In this document: piece after piece, positions 8,796-18,125 of the stretch
Numbering within the stretch: position 1 is the first letter of the stretch
Layout: each line of letters starts with the position of its first letter
NCBI GenBank assembly: GCA_963766935.1
Contig: CAVYBY010000008.1
Coordinates: 4,683 to 68,682 of the forward strand
From: an uncultured Actinomycetes bacterium
GTDB taxonomy: Bacteria > Actinomycetota > UBA4738 > HRBIN12
Reading direction: 5' to 3'
Length of the DNA stretch: 64,000 bases
Notes under the pieces: generated by a model
What the model was told of the DNA's origin: nothing
Seen by the model: the letters and a program-made list of their open reading frames with translations, nothing else
Databases searched by the model: none
Position numbers and translations under genes: made by a program

Positions 8796-11492
8796 GTGGC
8801 ACAGGGCCCGCTCGCAGAGACCGACGTCGTCCTGCGGGACGGACGGACCGTACGGGTTCGTCCCGCGCGGTTCGCGGATCGAGACGCGATCGAGGACTAC
8901 CTGATCGGGCTCTCGGCGGAATCGCGGCGGCTCCGATTCTGGGGCTCCTCGATCGACGTCCGAGACGTCGCCGCACGCGCGGTCGACGTGGACGGCGAGA
9001 ACCACGTGACCCTGCTCGCGACGCCCGGCGACGAGGGCCGCGTCGTGGGCGGGGCCCAGCTCTTCCGCGAAGGCTCGAGCACGCGCGCCGAGGTCAGCTT
9101 TAGCGTCGCCGACGAGCTCCAGAAGCTCGGCCTCGGCTCGATCATGGTCGGTCTGCTCGCCGATGCGGCGACCCGCATCGGCATCGACCGGTTCTTCGCT
9201 CACGTTCTGCCCGAGAACCACCGGATGATCTCCGTCTTCCGGGACTCGGGGTTCCACGTGTCCATCATCGCCAAGCCCGGGGTCGTGGAGGTCGAGTTCC
9301 CGATCGCGATCACGAAGGAGACGATCGAGCAGTTCGAGGACCGGGAGCGCCTCGCCGGCGCGAACGCCGTCCGCGCCTTCTTCGAGGCCCGCTCGATCGC
9401 CGTGATCGGCGCCTCCCGGGATCCAGCGTCGATCGGCGGGCGGCTCTTTCACAACCTCGTCGCGGCACCCTTCTCGGGCGCGGTCTACCCGGTCAACCCG
9501 TCCGCCCCATCGATCCAGGGCGTCACGTCGTACCCGAGTATCGACGCGATCCCTGGGGCCGTGGATCTCGCCTTCATCGCGGTGCCCGCGCGGGGGGTCC
9601 TCGACGCGGCGTCCGCCTGCGGCGCCAAGGGCGTGCGAGGGCTGGTCGTCATCTCGGCCGGGTTCGGCGAGACCGACGATGAGGGCCGCGCCCGCCAGCA
9701 CGAGCTGCTGGCGCGGTGCCGCGCGTCGGGGATGCGCCTCATCGGGCCCAACTGCATGGGCATCGTCAACACCGACCCCGAGGTCCGGCTGAACGGGACG
9801 TTCGGGACCGCCGAGCCCCCCGTGGGGCGCGTGGCGTTCATGTCCCAGTCGGGCGCGCTCGGATTGGCGGTCATGAACCGCGCGGCGGCGCTCGGCCTGG
9901 GCCTCTCGACGTTCGTGAGCGTGGGCAACAAGGCCGACATCTCGGGCAACGACCTGCTCTGCTTCTGGGAGGACGACCCCAGGACGGACGTCGTGCTGCT
10001 GTACATGGAGTCGTTCGGCAACCCGCGCCGGTTCGCCCGCCTGGCCCGGCGCATCGGCCGGACGAAACCGATCATCGCCGTGAAGAGCGGACGAAGCGCG
10101 GCCGGGCACCGCGCCACGTCCTCGCACACGGGGGCGCTGCTCGCCACGAGCGACAGCGCCGTCGACGCCCTCTTCCGCCAGCACGGCGTCATCCGCACCG
10201 ACACGCTGGAGGAGATGTTCGACATCGCGACGCTCGTCGCGAACCAGCCGGTCCCCGAGGGTCGCCGCGTGGCCATCGTGACCAACGCCGGGGGCCTGGC
10301 CATCCAGTGCGCGGACACATGCGCGGCCAACGGGCTCGAGGTTCCGCAGCTCTCGGACGAGACCCAGGCGGCCCTTCGCGAGTTCCTGCCGGACTCCGCG
10401 GGAGTCACCAACCCGGTCGACATGATCGCCTCGGCGACGGGCGAGGACTACGGGCGGGCGATCGCAACGCTGGGCGCCGACCCGGGGATCGACGCGCTGA
10501 TCGTGATCTACATCCCGCCCATCGAGGCCGGAGCGGCCGACGTCGCGCGGCATCTCGTCGATGGGATCGAGGGCCTCGGCCGGCGGATCCCGGTGCTCTC
10601 CTGCTTCATGTCCGCGCGTGGGCTGCCCGAAGCCCTGCGTGCCCCGGGAGTTCGCATCCCGTCGTTCACGTTTCCCGAGCAGGCGGCGATCGCCCTGGCC
10701 CGGGCCGCCGAACACGGCGCCTGGCGGGCGGCGCCCTCAGGATCGATCCCCGAGCTCCCCGACGTCCGGATCGACGAGGCGGCGGCGGTGCTCGCGGAGG
10801 CGCTCGCCGGCGGCGAGGGATGGCTCGGCGCCGAGGCGCTCGCGCGCCTGTTCGACTGCTACGGCATCCCGCTCGTGAAGCAGCGGCTGGTCGCCGACGC
10901 GGCGCAGGCGCAGGCGGCCGCGATCGAGATGGGCGGAACGGTAGCGCTCAAGGCGATGGGGCCGGTCCACAAGACCGAGGCCGGCGCCGTGCGCCTGGAC
11001 GTCGCGCCCACCGAGGTCGAGCAGGCTGCGGTCTCGATGGCGGCGGACCTCGGCGACCACGGGGAGCGGCTGGACGGGTTCCTCATCCAGCAGATGGTCC
11101 CGCGCGGCGTCGAGATGCTCGTCGGCGCGGTCTCGGATCCGTCGTTCGGGCCGGTGGTCGCGGTCGGGGCCGGCGGGACGGCGGTGGAGCTGATCCGCGA
11201 CGTCAGCGTGCGGATCGCTCCGATCACCGACGTCGACGCCGACTCGATGGTGCACTCGCTCAAGACCTTCCCGCTGCTCGACGGCTTCCGTGGAGCGCCC
11301 CCGGCCGACGTCGAGGCGCTCGTGGATGTGGTGCTGCGGGTCGGCGCGATGGCCGACCGGCATCCGGCGATCGCGGAGATGGACTGCAACCCGGTCGTGG
11401 TCCTCGAGCATGGGGTGGCGGTCGTCGACGCCCGCGTGCGGGTTCGGCCTCCGGCCCCGGAGGAACCGCTGACCGGGTGGACGGCGGGCTAG
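8796..11492 (+). CDS. bifunctional GNAT N-acetyltransferase / NDP-forming acyl-CoA synthetase family protein (PatA-like protein lysine acetyltransferase)
   Basis: Intact 898-aa ORF. N-terminal GNAT fold (HVTLLATPGDEGRVVGGAQLFREG...LQKLGLGSIMVGLLADAATRIGIDRFFAHVLPENHRMISVFRDSGF). Then CoA-binding (RSIAVIGASRDPASIGGRLFHNL...YPVNP) and succinyl-CoA-synthetase-like/ATP-grasp domains. Domain order matches actinobacterial PatA rather than the enterobacterial Pat. Confidence 0.85.
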   Translation: MAQGPLAETDVVLRDGRTVRVRPARFADRDAIEDYLIGLSAESRRLRFWGSSIDVRDVAARAVDVDGENHVTLLATPGDEGRVVGGAQLFREGSSTRAEVSFSVADELQKLGLGSIMVGLLADAATRIGIDRFFAHVLPENHRMISVFRDSGFHVSIIAKPGVVEVEFPIAITKETIEQFEDRERLAGANAVRAFFEARSIAVIGASRDPASIGGRLFHNLVAAPFSGAVYPVNPSAPSIQGVTSYPSIDAIPGAVDLAFIAVPARGVLDAASACGAKGVRGLVVISAGFGETDDEGRARQHELLARCRASGMRLIGPNCMGIVNTDPEVRLNGTFGTAEPPVGRVAFMSQSGALGLAVMNRAAALGLGLSTFVSVGNKADISGNDLLCFWEDDPRTDVVLLYMESFGNPRRFARLARRIGRTKPIIAVKSGRSAAGHRATSSHTGALLATSDSAVDALFRQHGVIRTDTLEEMFDIATLVANQPVPEGRRVAIVTNAGGLAIQCADTCAANGLEVPQLSDETQAALREFLPDSAGVTNPVDMIASATGEDYGRAIATLGADPGIDALIVIYIPPIEAGAADVARHLVDGIEGLGRRIPVLSCFMSARGLPEALRAPGVRIPSFTFPEQAAIALARAAEHGAWRAAPSGSIPELPDVRIDEAAAVLAEALAGGEGWLGAEALARLFDCYGIPLVKQRLVADAAQAQAAAIEMGGTVALKAMGPVHKTEAGAVRLDVAPTEVEQAAVSMAADLGDHGERLDGFLIQQMVPRGVEMLVGAVSDPSFGPVVAVGAGGTAVELIRDVSVRIAPITDVDADSMVHSLKTFPLLDGFRGAPPADVEALVDVVLRVGAMADRHPAIAEMDCNPVVVLEHGVAVVDARVRVRPPAPEEPLTGWTAG

Positions 11493-13006
11493 AAGACCTG
11501 GGTCAGCCCGCGGGTCGTGAGAAACACGCCGACGCCGACGATCGCGGCCGCCGACGCCACGGGGATGAGCCTCCCGAGCCCGGACGACAGACGCGCCGTC
11601 ACGACCTCCCGCGTCTTGAGGGCCCCCAGGGCCACGACGATCAGCGCCGTCGCCAGCCCGGCGCTGAACGCAAGCACGAGCGCGAGCCCGTAGACGGTGC
11701 GGTGGGCCTGGATGGCGCCGAGCAGCACGAGCAGCGCGCTCGGCGCCGGCAGGATGCCGCCGGCCAGCGCGAGGGCCGTCAACGAGCGCGGAGAAAGGGG
11801 ATGGCCCTGAAGCCCCCCGTGCGTATGCCCGTGGTCGTGACCACGCTCGTGATCGTGCTCGTGGGCCCGGACGCGTGCGCGTCCGCGAACGCGGCGCGTC
11901 GGGAGCCGGCGGCGGGCGGCGGCCTCGTCGTCACGCTTGAGCCGCGCCCAGCCCGAGAGCCGTGAGATCAGCAAGGCGACCCCGAGCCCGAGGGCGATGA
12001 GCCCCGACGTCAGCCCGAGCCACGGGTACAGCCGCTCCGGACGGAATGTGTGTTCGAGCGAGAGCACCAGCAGCCCGAGACCGAGGACCGAGGCCGTGTG
12101 CATCAGGGCGACAGCCGATCCCGCGGCGACCGCCTGACGCGCCGTCGATCCGGCTCCCGTCATGTACGCCGCGGTCAGCGTCTTGCCGTGCCCGGGCAGC
12201 ATGGCGTGCCACGCGCCGAGCCCGGCCGCGATCAGACCGGCCAGGAGCAGCAGCGGAAGACCGCGCTTCTGCAACAAACCGGCGAACGCTCCGACATCGG
12301 TGCCCCCGGGCCGGCCGTTGGGCCCGACGGTCGGCTCGGGCGACGGCGAGGGCAGCGGCGGCGGCACGGCTCCGGCCGGACCGGCGCCGAGGAACGACGT
12401 CGTCATCGACGTGACCTGCGGCTGGTTGACGAGCAGATTCGGCGGGTAGAAGCGAAGTCCGTCGGACAGGCTCGTCGTCGGCGCGCTCGAGCCCGAGAGC
12501 GTGACCCCGCCGTCTCCCACGGCGGTGATCTCGTACCAGCCGGTCTCGCCCTTGTTGTTCGCGTCGGTGTAGGCGATCGTCCCGCGCCCGGAGACCGGCG
12601 CCGTGAAGACGCCGTCGAACCGAAGCGTGAAGAATCCGTCGTCGGCGTTCGGCAGGAGCGCGCCGCGGGTGCTGCGGATCGAGATGGCTTCGGGCCGGCC
12701 GTCCACCGTCAGGCTCAGCTTGGCAACGATCGACGGCGCATACGACGCCGCCCAAGCGTCCATCTCGGCTTGGGAACCTTGCTCGTCCCTGTTCGTATCG
12801 ATCGAAGGGAACAGCTGGAGTGACGGAACCTCCGCCAGCTGGACGGCGTAGCCGATCCGGATCTCACCGGGGACGACGGTGATCGCGCTGTAGCGGCTGA
12901 TCGTGAAGGTCCCGAGTGGGTGCGCCAGGGCCACCGAGGGCCACATTGCAAGCAGCCCCGCAAGCCCGAGCAGGGCCGGGAGCCTCCGGATCAGGGGTTT
13001 TGTCAT
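11489..13006 (-). CDS. NicO/RcnA-family nickel/cobalt transporter fused to an N-terminal ~230-aa secreted domain (DUF1007-like)
   Basis: Signal peptide MTKPLIRRLPALLGLAGLLAMWPSVALA. C-terminal permease with HAMLPGHGKT NicO motif and His-rich loop HEHDHERGHDHGHTHGG. Convergent 4-nt overlap with the PatA-like gene. Confidence 0.7.
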   Translation of the reverse strand: MTKPLIRRLPALLGLAGLLAMWPSVALAHPLGTFTISRYSAITVVPGEIRIGYAVQLAEVPSLQLFPSIDTNRDEQGSQAEMDAWAASYAPSIVAKLSLTVDGRPEAISIRSTRGALLPNADDGFFTLRFDGVFTAPVSGRGTIAYTDANNKGETGWYEITAVGDGGVTLSGSSAPTTSLSDGLRFYPPNLLVNQPQVTSMTTSFLGAGPAGAVPPPLPSPSPEPTVGPNGRPGGTDVGAFAGLLQKRGLPLLLLAGLIAAGLGAWHAMLPGHGKTLTAAYMTGAGSTARQAVAAGSAVALMHTASVLGLGLLVLSLEHTFRPERLYPWLGLTSGLIALGLGVALLISRLSGWARLKRDDEAAARRRLPTRRVRGRARVRAHEHDHERGHDHGHTHGGLQGHPLSPRSLTALALAGGILPAPSALLVLLGAIQAHRTVYGLALVLAFSAGLATALIVVALGALKTREVVTARLSSGLGRLIPVASAAAIVGVGVFLTTRGLTQVF

Positions 13007-13078
13007 CTACGAGATCATCGGCATCCTAGACGGGGGGTGAAGCCGGGGGTTCCGCGGCTGTGCCACCATGGTGCCCTG

Positions 13079-14632
13079 ATGGACCCGGCCCCCCACCAGC
13101 CGTTCGAGCGGCCCGACGACCGGCCCTTCGCCGTCGTCGACATCGGGTCCAACTCAGGCCGGATGATCGTGTTCCGGCTCCGAGAGGGCGAGCATCTCGA
13201 CGTGATCGAGGACGCCCGCGCGCCGCTCCGCCTGGCGCGGGCAATGCGGAACGCGGGAACCCTGGGCACGGACGCGATCGAGCGTACCGTCGAGGCGCTC
13301 CGCGATTTCCGCGCCGTGGCCGAGGGCGCGGGTGCAAGCCGCATCATCGCCGTCGCGACGTCGGCCGTCCGCGACGCGTCGGACGGGCCGGTCCTGGTCG
13401 AGCGGGCGCGAAAGATCGGCATCCCGTTGCAGGTGATCGACGGCGACCTGGAGGCCCGGCTCGGGTTTCTCGGCGCCGTCCACGACCTGCCGGTCTCGAC
13501 CGGATTCACGATGGATGTCGGCGGCGGCTCGCTCGAGCTGACCCGCTTCGTCGACCGGGCGCTCGTGGGGTCGTGGTCGCTCCCGCTCGGTTCGCTCCGC
13601 CTCTCCGACGAGTACCTCGAACGCGACCCGCCGACCGAGCGCGACGTGGCCAAGGTGCGCAAGGCCGTCGCCGCTGCGCTCGACGACGCGGGGCTGGTGG
13701 AGCTGCGCAAGCGCGAAGACCTGGTGGGGATCGGCGGTACGGTCCGAAACCTCGCCAAGATCGATCTGCGCCGGACCGACTACCCACTGCCGCTCCTGCA
13801 CGGCTACGAGCTGTCGGAGCGCCGCGTGCTCGAGATCGTCGAGGACCTTGCGGAGCGCACGATGAAGCGCCGCGCCCAGGTCCCCGGTCTCAACCCGGAC
13901 CGCGCGGACACGATCGTCGGCGGCGCCCTGATCGTGCACGCGACGATGCAGCACCTCGGCGCGCGGCGGTTGATCGTGTCCGGACGCGGGCTCCGCGAGG
14001 GGATCGCTCTGGACGCCGCGGGCACCGACGTCCCGCCGCCGCGGTGGGTCCGAACCATCTCGGTTGCCACGCTCGCCGCGAGGTTTGCGACCTGGGACGC
14101 CGGCGCCGCCGAGCGGCGGGCCGGTCTCGCGGTCCGGCTGCACGAGGCGCTCGACCCCGAGGCGCCGATCCCCGTCCGCGAGATGCTCGAGCACGCGGCC
14201 AGCCTCGTCGACGTCGGCCGCGCCATCGACTACTACGACCGGTTCGAGCACGCGGCCATGGTCGCCACGGCGGCCGACCTCGCGGGCTTCTCGCACGCCG
14301 ACCTCGGCATTCTCACCGCGATCCTGCGACAGGCCGACGACGACATCCGTCTCGGTCCGTACGGCCGGCTGATCGAGGACGAGGACCGCCAGGCGGTGCT
14401 CCGGGCCGCCACGGCGCTGGCGCTCGCCGACGAGCTGAACCGGCGGATCCGCAAGGACGCGCCCGCGCCGGTCTCGGCGAACTGGCTGCGCGACGGGTTC
14501 GAGGTGGTGGCTCCGGTTCCGGGCGGCTGGCGCCCGCGCGGCGTCGCGGACCGGTTCCTCCAGGTCTTCGGGCGTCCGCTGCTCGTCGTCGCGACCGAAC
14601 CGGTCGCGACGACGCTCCCGCCGGCCCACTGA
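13079..14632 (+). CDS. Ppx/GppA family phosphatase (exopolyphosphatase / guanosine pentaphosphate phosphohydrolase)
   Basis: FAVVDIGSNSGRMIVFR...IAVATSAVRDASDG...MDVGGGSLELTRF...GIGGTVRNLAKI... and a C-terminal HD-like region. The internal ATG at 13079 was chosen over the upstream ORF start because Ppx proteins start just before the DIGSNS motif. Confidence 0.85.
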   Translation: MDPAPHQPFERPDDRPFAVVDIGSNSGRMIVFRLREGEHLDVIEDARAPLRLARAMRNAGTLGTDAIERTVEALRDFRAVAEGAGASRIIAVATSAVRDASDGPVLVERARKIGIPLQVIDGDLEARLGFLGAVHDLPVSTGFTMDVGGGSLELTRFVDRALVGSWSLPLGSLRLSDEYLERDPPTERDVAKVRKAVAAALDDAGLVELRKREDLVGIGGTVRNLAKIDLRRTDYPLPLLHGYELSERRVLEIVEDLAERTMKRRAQVPGLNPDRADTIVGGALIVHATMQHLGARRLIVSGRGLREGIALDAAGTDVPPPRWVRTISVATLAARFATWDAGAAERRAGLAVRLHEALDPEAPIPVREMLEHAASLVDVGRAIDYYDRFEHAAMVATAADLAGFSHADLGILTAILRQADDDIRLGPYGRLIEDEDRQAVLRAATALALADELNRRIRKDAPAPVSANWLRDGFEVVAPVPGGWRPRGVADRFLQVFGRPLLVVATEPVATTLPPAH

Positions 14633-14645
14633 CCGGCCGCCGCCG

Positions 14646-16655
14646 CTAGGGCGTCGGCGCGACCGAGTCGCTCGGCGACGACCCAGTGTCGGTCGACAGC
14701 GATGCAAGCGTCCCGGTCCCGCTCTGCGTGTACGGATGGGCGGCCGGGCAGCCCCAGTCGGTGGCCGCCGCGTCGGCCGCTCCGCTCGTTCCCTGCATGG
14801 ACCACTGGATCTGCGTCGCGCGCAGCTCGCCGTCGATCTGGCGCGCCTCGGTCACGGTGATCGTGGTCGACCATTGGAACGCGGCCCCGCCGCGATAGAA
14901 CGGCGCCCCGGTCTGGTACGTGTCGCCGTGGTGGCACCATCCGAGCACGTTCGCGTCCCACATGTAGCCCGCGGACGAGGCGTAGGTCACCTCGCTGTCG
15001 TGCAGCACCGGCTCGTCCGGCGCGATGTACGAGGTGAACGCGACGCTCCCGCCACAGGGCCCGGTTGCGCAGGACGCCACGAAGGTCCAGCCCTCCGCTC
15101 CCCAATCCGGTACGGACCAGACCCCGTCGAGACGCGCCGTCGCCAGTGAGAGGGGATCGAACAGGGCCGGGCCGATGCTCGGCGTGGGAGAGCCGGTCGG
15201 CGTGGTTGCGACCGGCGACGCAGCGGTGCCGCCGCCCTTGTGGGAGAGCGCAAAGGCCGAGCCGGCAACGAGGACGACGGCCGCCGCCACCCCGGCCGCC
15301 ACCTGCCAGCGCGGACGCGGCCGCCGGGGCCGGCGCTGCCGGTCGTCGTCGCGATGACGCTTGCCGGGCCGGTTGCCCTGGACACCGCCCGGGACCATCG
15401 GCTGGCGCTCGGGCGGAAGGATGTCGCCGGGCGCCCCGACCCGGTCGAAGATCCCCGGACGCTCGGCGGCCGCCCGGTCGCCCAGGACGCGGTCCTGCGA
15501 GCGAACCGACAGGTAGTCGGTGACCAGCGGGTCGAGGTCGCCGGCACCCAGCAGCGACAAGAAGCTCGGCAGCGAGTCTCGGGGCACGGTGGCAAAGGCC
15601 GATCGGCGCCCGTGCCCGACCCGGAAGACGCTGGTATCCCACGTGACGACGGCGGCTCGGACGTCGAAGCCGGGCCGCGCCTGCGGCGCCAGCAGCGCCG
15701 AGAACGGTGTGGGCGCGAGCCCGTCCGACCCGCGGACGACCAGGTTGGGCGGCGCCGGTGTGGCAAGGACCGCGGCAACGGCCGCCAGGTCATCCTCGTC
15801 GAGATCGTCTCCGAGCGCCGCGATCGCGGACTCGAACGCCGCCTCCAGCTGGTCGCGCGCGCGGATCCGGTCGCGGCCGGCGCCGAGCATCCGATCCCAG
15901 GCGCCGAGCTCCAGCGAATCCCCGTACGCGTCGCGAGGGACGAACCAGCCGAAGCGCTCGGATGCCGGAAGCACACGGGCTCCCAGCGACGCCGGCAGCA
16001 CCGGGTCGCGGCCGCGGATCGCGTCCGCCAGCGCGCGGACACCCCCGGCCAGCAGCACGGCCGCCGCGCGTAGCGACGGACCGTCGACGAACTCGGTCCC
16101 GACCTCGAGCCGGCCCGGACGCGGCCGCACCAGGACCCCCGGCGAGTCGGCTCGCTCGGTCAGGAGCATGAGCGCCGGAACGAAGCGACGGATCACGCCG
16201 TCGCAGACCGCATCGTTCAGACGATCGGGCATCTGCAGGTTGAGGTGAGTCGAGTATCCCGAGACCTCGATCGAGGGTGAGAGCACCGAGCCGAGCGAGG
16301 CGCGGCCCCGGTCGGACCACGCCGTCAGCTCCCCGGAGAACCCGGCGGCAACCGGCACGGGCGGCGTCGCGATCTCGGCCTCGCGGCCGTCGGCGGTGAT
16401 CGTCCCGCCCCACTCGCACCGGTACGCGTTCGGGTCGTTGGGGTCGATGCGGAGCCCGGCCACCGGCAGCGTGTGGATCAGGTCGCGGAAGTCCAGCACG
16501 CGGTCGCCGGTGCGCAGGGTGAACTCGTGCTCCACGCCGATCAGGCCGGCCGGACGCGGCGATTGCGGGTGCTCGAGCAGCGAGCGGAATCGCTCGCTCA
16601 GCTCTCGAGCCCGCTCCGCGCGCGCCGCGCGGGGGGTCAAGAAGGAGCGGGGCAC
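14646..16655 (-). CDS. hypothetical bitopic membrane protein: N-terminal cytoplasmic GCS2-like (carboxylate-amine ligase fold) domain, one TM helix, C-terminal Trp/Cys-rich extracytoplasmic domain
   Basis: GLIGVEHEFTLRTGDRVLDF and ...EVSGYSTHLNLQMPD resemble the GVEEEF and g.HvHvg blocks of the glutamate-cysteine ligase family 2 (YbdK) fold. TM helix WQVAAGVAAAVVLVAGSAFAL. C-terminal domain has WGAEGWTFVASCATGPCGG...WCHHGDTYQ. Start set to the GTG at 16655, directly after the stop of the small upstream ORF. Start uncertain. Confidence 0.45.
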   Translation of the reverse strand: MPRSFLTPRAARAERARELSERFRSLLEHPQSPRPAGLIGVEHEFTLRTGDRVLDFRDLIHTLPVAGLRIDPNDPNAYRCEWGGTITADGREAEIATPPVPVAAGFSGELTAWSDRGRASLGSVLSPSIEVSGYSTHLNLQMPDRLNDAVCDGVIRRFVPALMLLTERADSPGVLVRPRPGRLEVGTEFVDGPSLRAAAVLLAGGVRALADAIRGRDPVLPASLGARVLPASERFGWFVPRDAYGDSLELGAWDRMLGAGRDRIRARDQLEAAFESAIAALGDDLDEDDLAAVAAVLATPAPPNLVVRGSDGLAPTPFSALLAPQARPGFDVRAAVVTWDTSVFRVGHGRRSAFATVPRDSLPSFLSLLGAGDLDPLVTDYLSVRSQDRVLGDRAAAERPGIFDRVGAPGDILPPERQPMVPGGVQGNRPGKRHRDDDRQRRPRRPRPRWQVAAGVAAAVVLVAGSAFALSHKGGGTAASPVATTPTGSPTPSIGPALFDPLSLATARLDGVWSVPDWGAEGWTFVASCATGPCGGSVAFTSYIAPDEPVLHDSEVTYASSAGYMWDANVLGWCHHGDTYQTGAPFYRGGAAFQWSTTITVTEARQIDGELRATQIQWSMQGTSGAADAAATDWGCPAAHPYTQSGTGTLASLSTDTGSSPSDSVAPTP

Positions 16656-16656
16656 G

Positions 16657-16845
16657 TCAGGAAGTCGTCGAACCTTCGTCCGGCCGAGGCTCGCTGCTCT
16701 CTTCCACCGGCTCGGAAACCGTCGTCGCGGCCCTGGCGGCCCTCGACTGCTGGAACTGCGCATAGGCGGAGTACGCATCCGCCCACTTGGTCGCCACTTC
16801 GGGCGCGTCCGCCATCATGGCGAGCGGGTCACCTTTCTCACCCAT
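16657..16845 (-). CDS. small hypothetical protein (62 aa)
   Basis: Strong RBS AAGGAAGGAG 6 nt upstream of the ATG. Acidic C-terminus. Stop abuts the GTG start of the downstream membrane protein (translational coupling). Confidence 0.4.
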   Translation of the reverse strand: MGEKGDPLAMMADAPEVATKWADAYSAYAQFQQSRAARAATTVSEPVEESSEPRPDEGSTTS

Positions 16846-16926
16846 GGGGGGCTCCTTCCTTGGTCCGGGAAGCGTGGGTCCGGGGAAAACGAGTATCGGG
16901 GGAAGAGCCCTTGGACCGCAAGCCAG

Positions 16927-18096
16927 TCAGACGACCGACAAGCGGCCGATGATCCCGGCGAGCAGCGCGATACGAGGAGCGACGCTGCTGAGCTCGATCC
17001 ACTCGCGGGGCGAATGGTCGTCCCCCCCGACCGGGCCGAGGCCGTCGAGCGTCGGAGTTCCCGCCGCGCTGGTCGTGTTGGCGTCGGAGGCCCCGCCGGT
17101 GGCCGCGTCGTGCAGCTCGAACCCCAGCTCCGAGGCGACCGCGGCGGCGAGATCCGCGAGCCGGCCGGCGGCCTCGCTCCGTTCCATCGGGCGGTGCCAG
17201 CCGTCGCGGTGGATCTTCACGCTCACATCCGGCACGTGGATCTCGGCGCAGATCCGCTCGATCTCGGCCTCCGTGGCCTCGAGCGAGGCCAGCTCGGGCG
17301 ACCGCAGGTCGACCTCCAGCTCGCACTCGTCCGGCACCACGTTGGTGCGCGTGCCGCCACGGATGAGGCCGACGTTCACGGTGACGCCAGGCCAGCGTCC
17401 GTTGAGCTCCTGCAACCGGACGGTCGTATGCGCCGCCTGCAGGACGGCGCTTCGTCCGCGTTCGGGCTCGACCCCGGCGTGCGCCGACCGGCCCGTCACG
17501 ACGACCCGGTAGTCGGTCACGCCTTTGCGCGCGCTCACGATGTCGCCGTTCTCGCGCGCGCCCTCCAGCACGAAGGCGAAATCGCTCGCGGGTGCAAGGT
17601 CGCGGATCACGGGTCCCGAGAACGGCGACCCGATCTCCTCGTCCGGGTTGCAGACGTAGGTGATGGTCCCGAACCCGTCGAACCCGGCTTCCCGGAGCAG
17701 CTCGACGGCGAAGAAACCGAACAGCAGACCGCCCTTCATGTCGGAGACGCCGGGGCCGAGCGCGCGGTCTCCCTCGATCCGAAACGGCCGATCGGCGGCG
17801 GTGCCCTCGTCGAAGACGGTGTCGGTGTGTCCGACGAGCAGCACGTCCGGCCCGCCCGACCCGGCGAGGCGCCCGATCACCAGGTCGCCGAGCTGCCGCT
17901 CCCCCGAACGAGGTTCGTGCGGACGCCGCTCGACGTCCCATCCTCCCGCGCCGAAACGAACCTCGCAGAGATCGGCGATCCGGTTGACGCCGGCGGGCGT
18001 GTACGAGCCGCAGTCGACGTCGACCATCGCGCGAAGATCGGCGACGAACTCGTCGAACCGCGCTTCGGCGCGTCCGAGCAGGGCAGACATGTCCAC
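16927..18096 (-). CDS. M20 family metallopeptidase (ArgE/DapE/ACY1/CPG2 family)
   Basis: 389-aa ORF. LLVGHTDTVF metal-binding motif, NPDEEIGSP, TGRSAHAG, and dimerisation domain. All the M20 hallmark residues are present. Confidence 0.85.
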   Translation of the reverse strand: MDMSALLGRAEARFDEFVADLRAMVDVDCGSYTPAGVNRIADLCEVRFGAGGWDVERRPHEPRSGERQLGDLVIGRLAGSGGPDVLLVGHTDTVFDEGTAADRPFRIEGDRALGPGVSDMKGGLLFGFFAVELLREAGFDGFGTITYVCNPDEEIGSPFSGPVIRDLAPASDFAFVLEGARENGDIVSARKGVTDYRVVVTGRSAHAGVEPERGRSAVLQAAHTTVRLQELNGRWPGVTVNVGLIRGGTRTNVVPDECELEVDLRSPELASLEATEAEIERICAEIHVPDVSVKIHRDGWHRPMERSEAAGRLADLAAAVASELGFELHDAATGGASDANTTSAAGTPTLDGLGPVGGDDHSPREWIELSSVAPRIALLAGIIGRLSVV

Positions 18097-18125
18097 TCAC
18101 CCGACGCTAACAGCCCATATGCGAC

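Noticed and set aside
8679-10715. 678-aa minus-strand ORF
   Set aside because: Lies entirely antisense to the well-supported PatA-like gene. Arg/Gly/Pro/Asp-rich low-complexity translation typical of high-GC antisense frames. No motif.
13060-14707. Alternative-frame ORFs 13060..14649 (+) and 13154..14707 (-)
   Set aside because: Shadow ORFs of the Ppx/GppA gene, with extreme Arg/Pro/Gly content.
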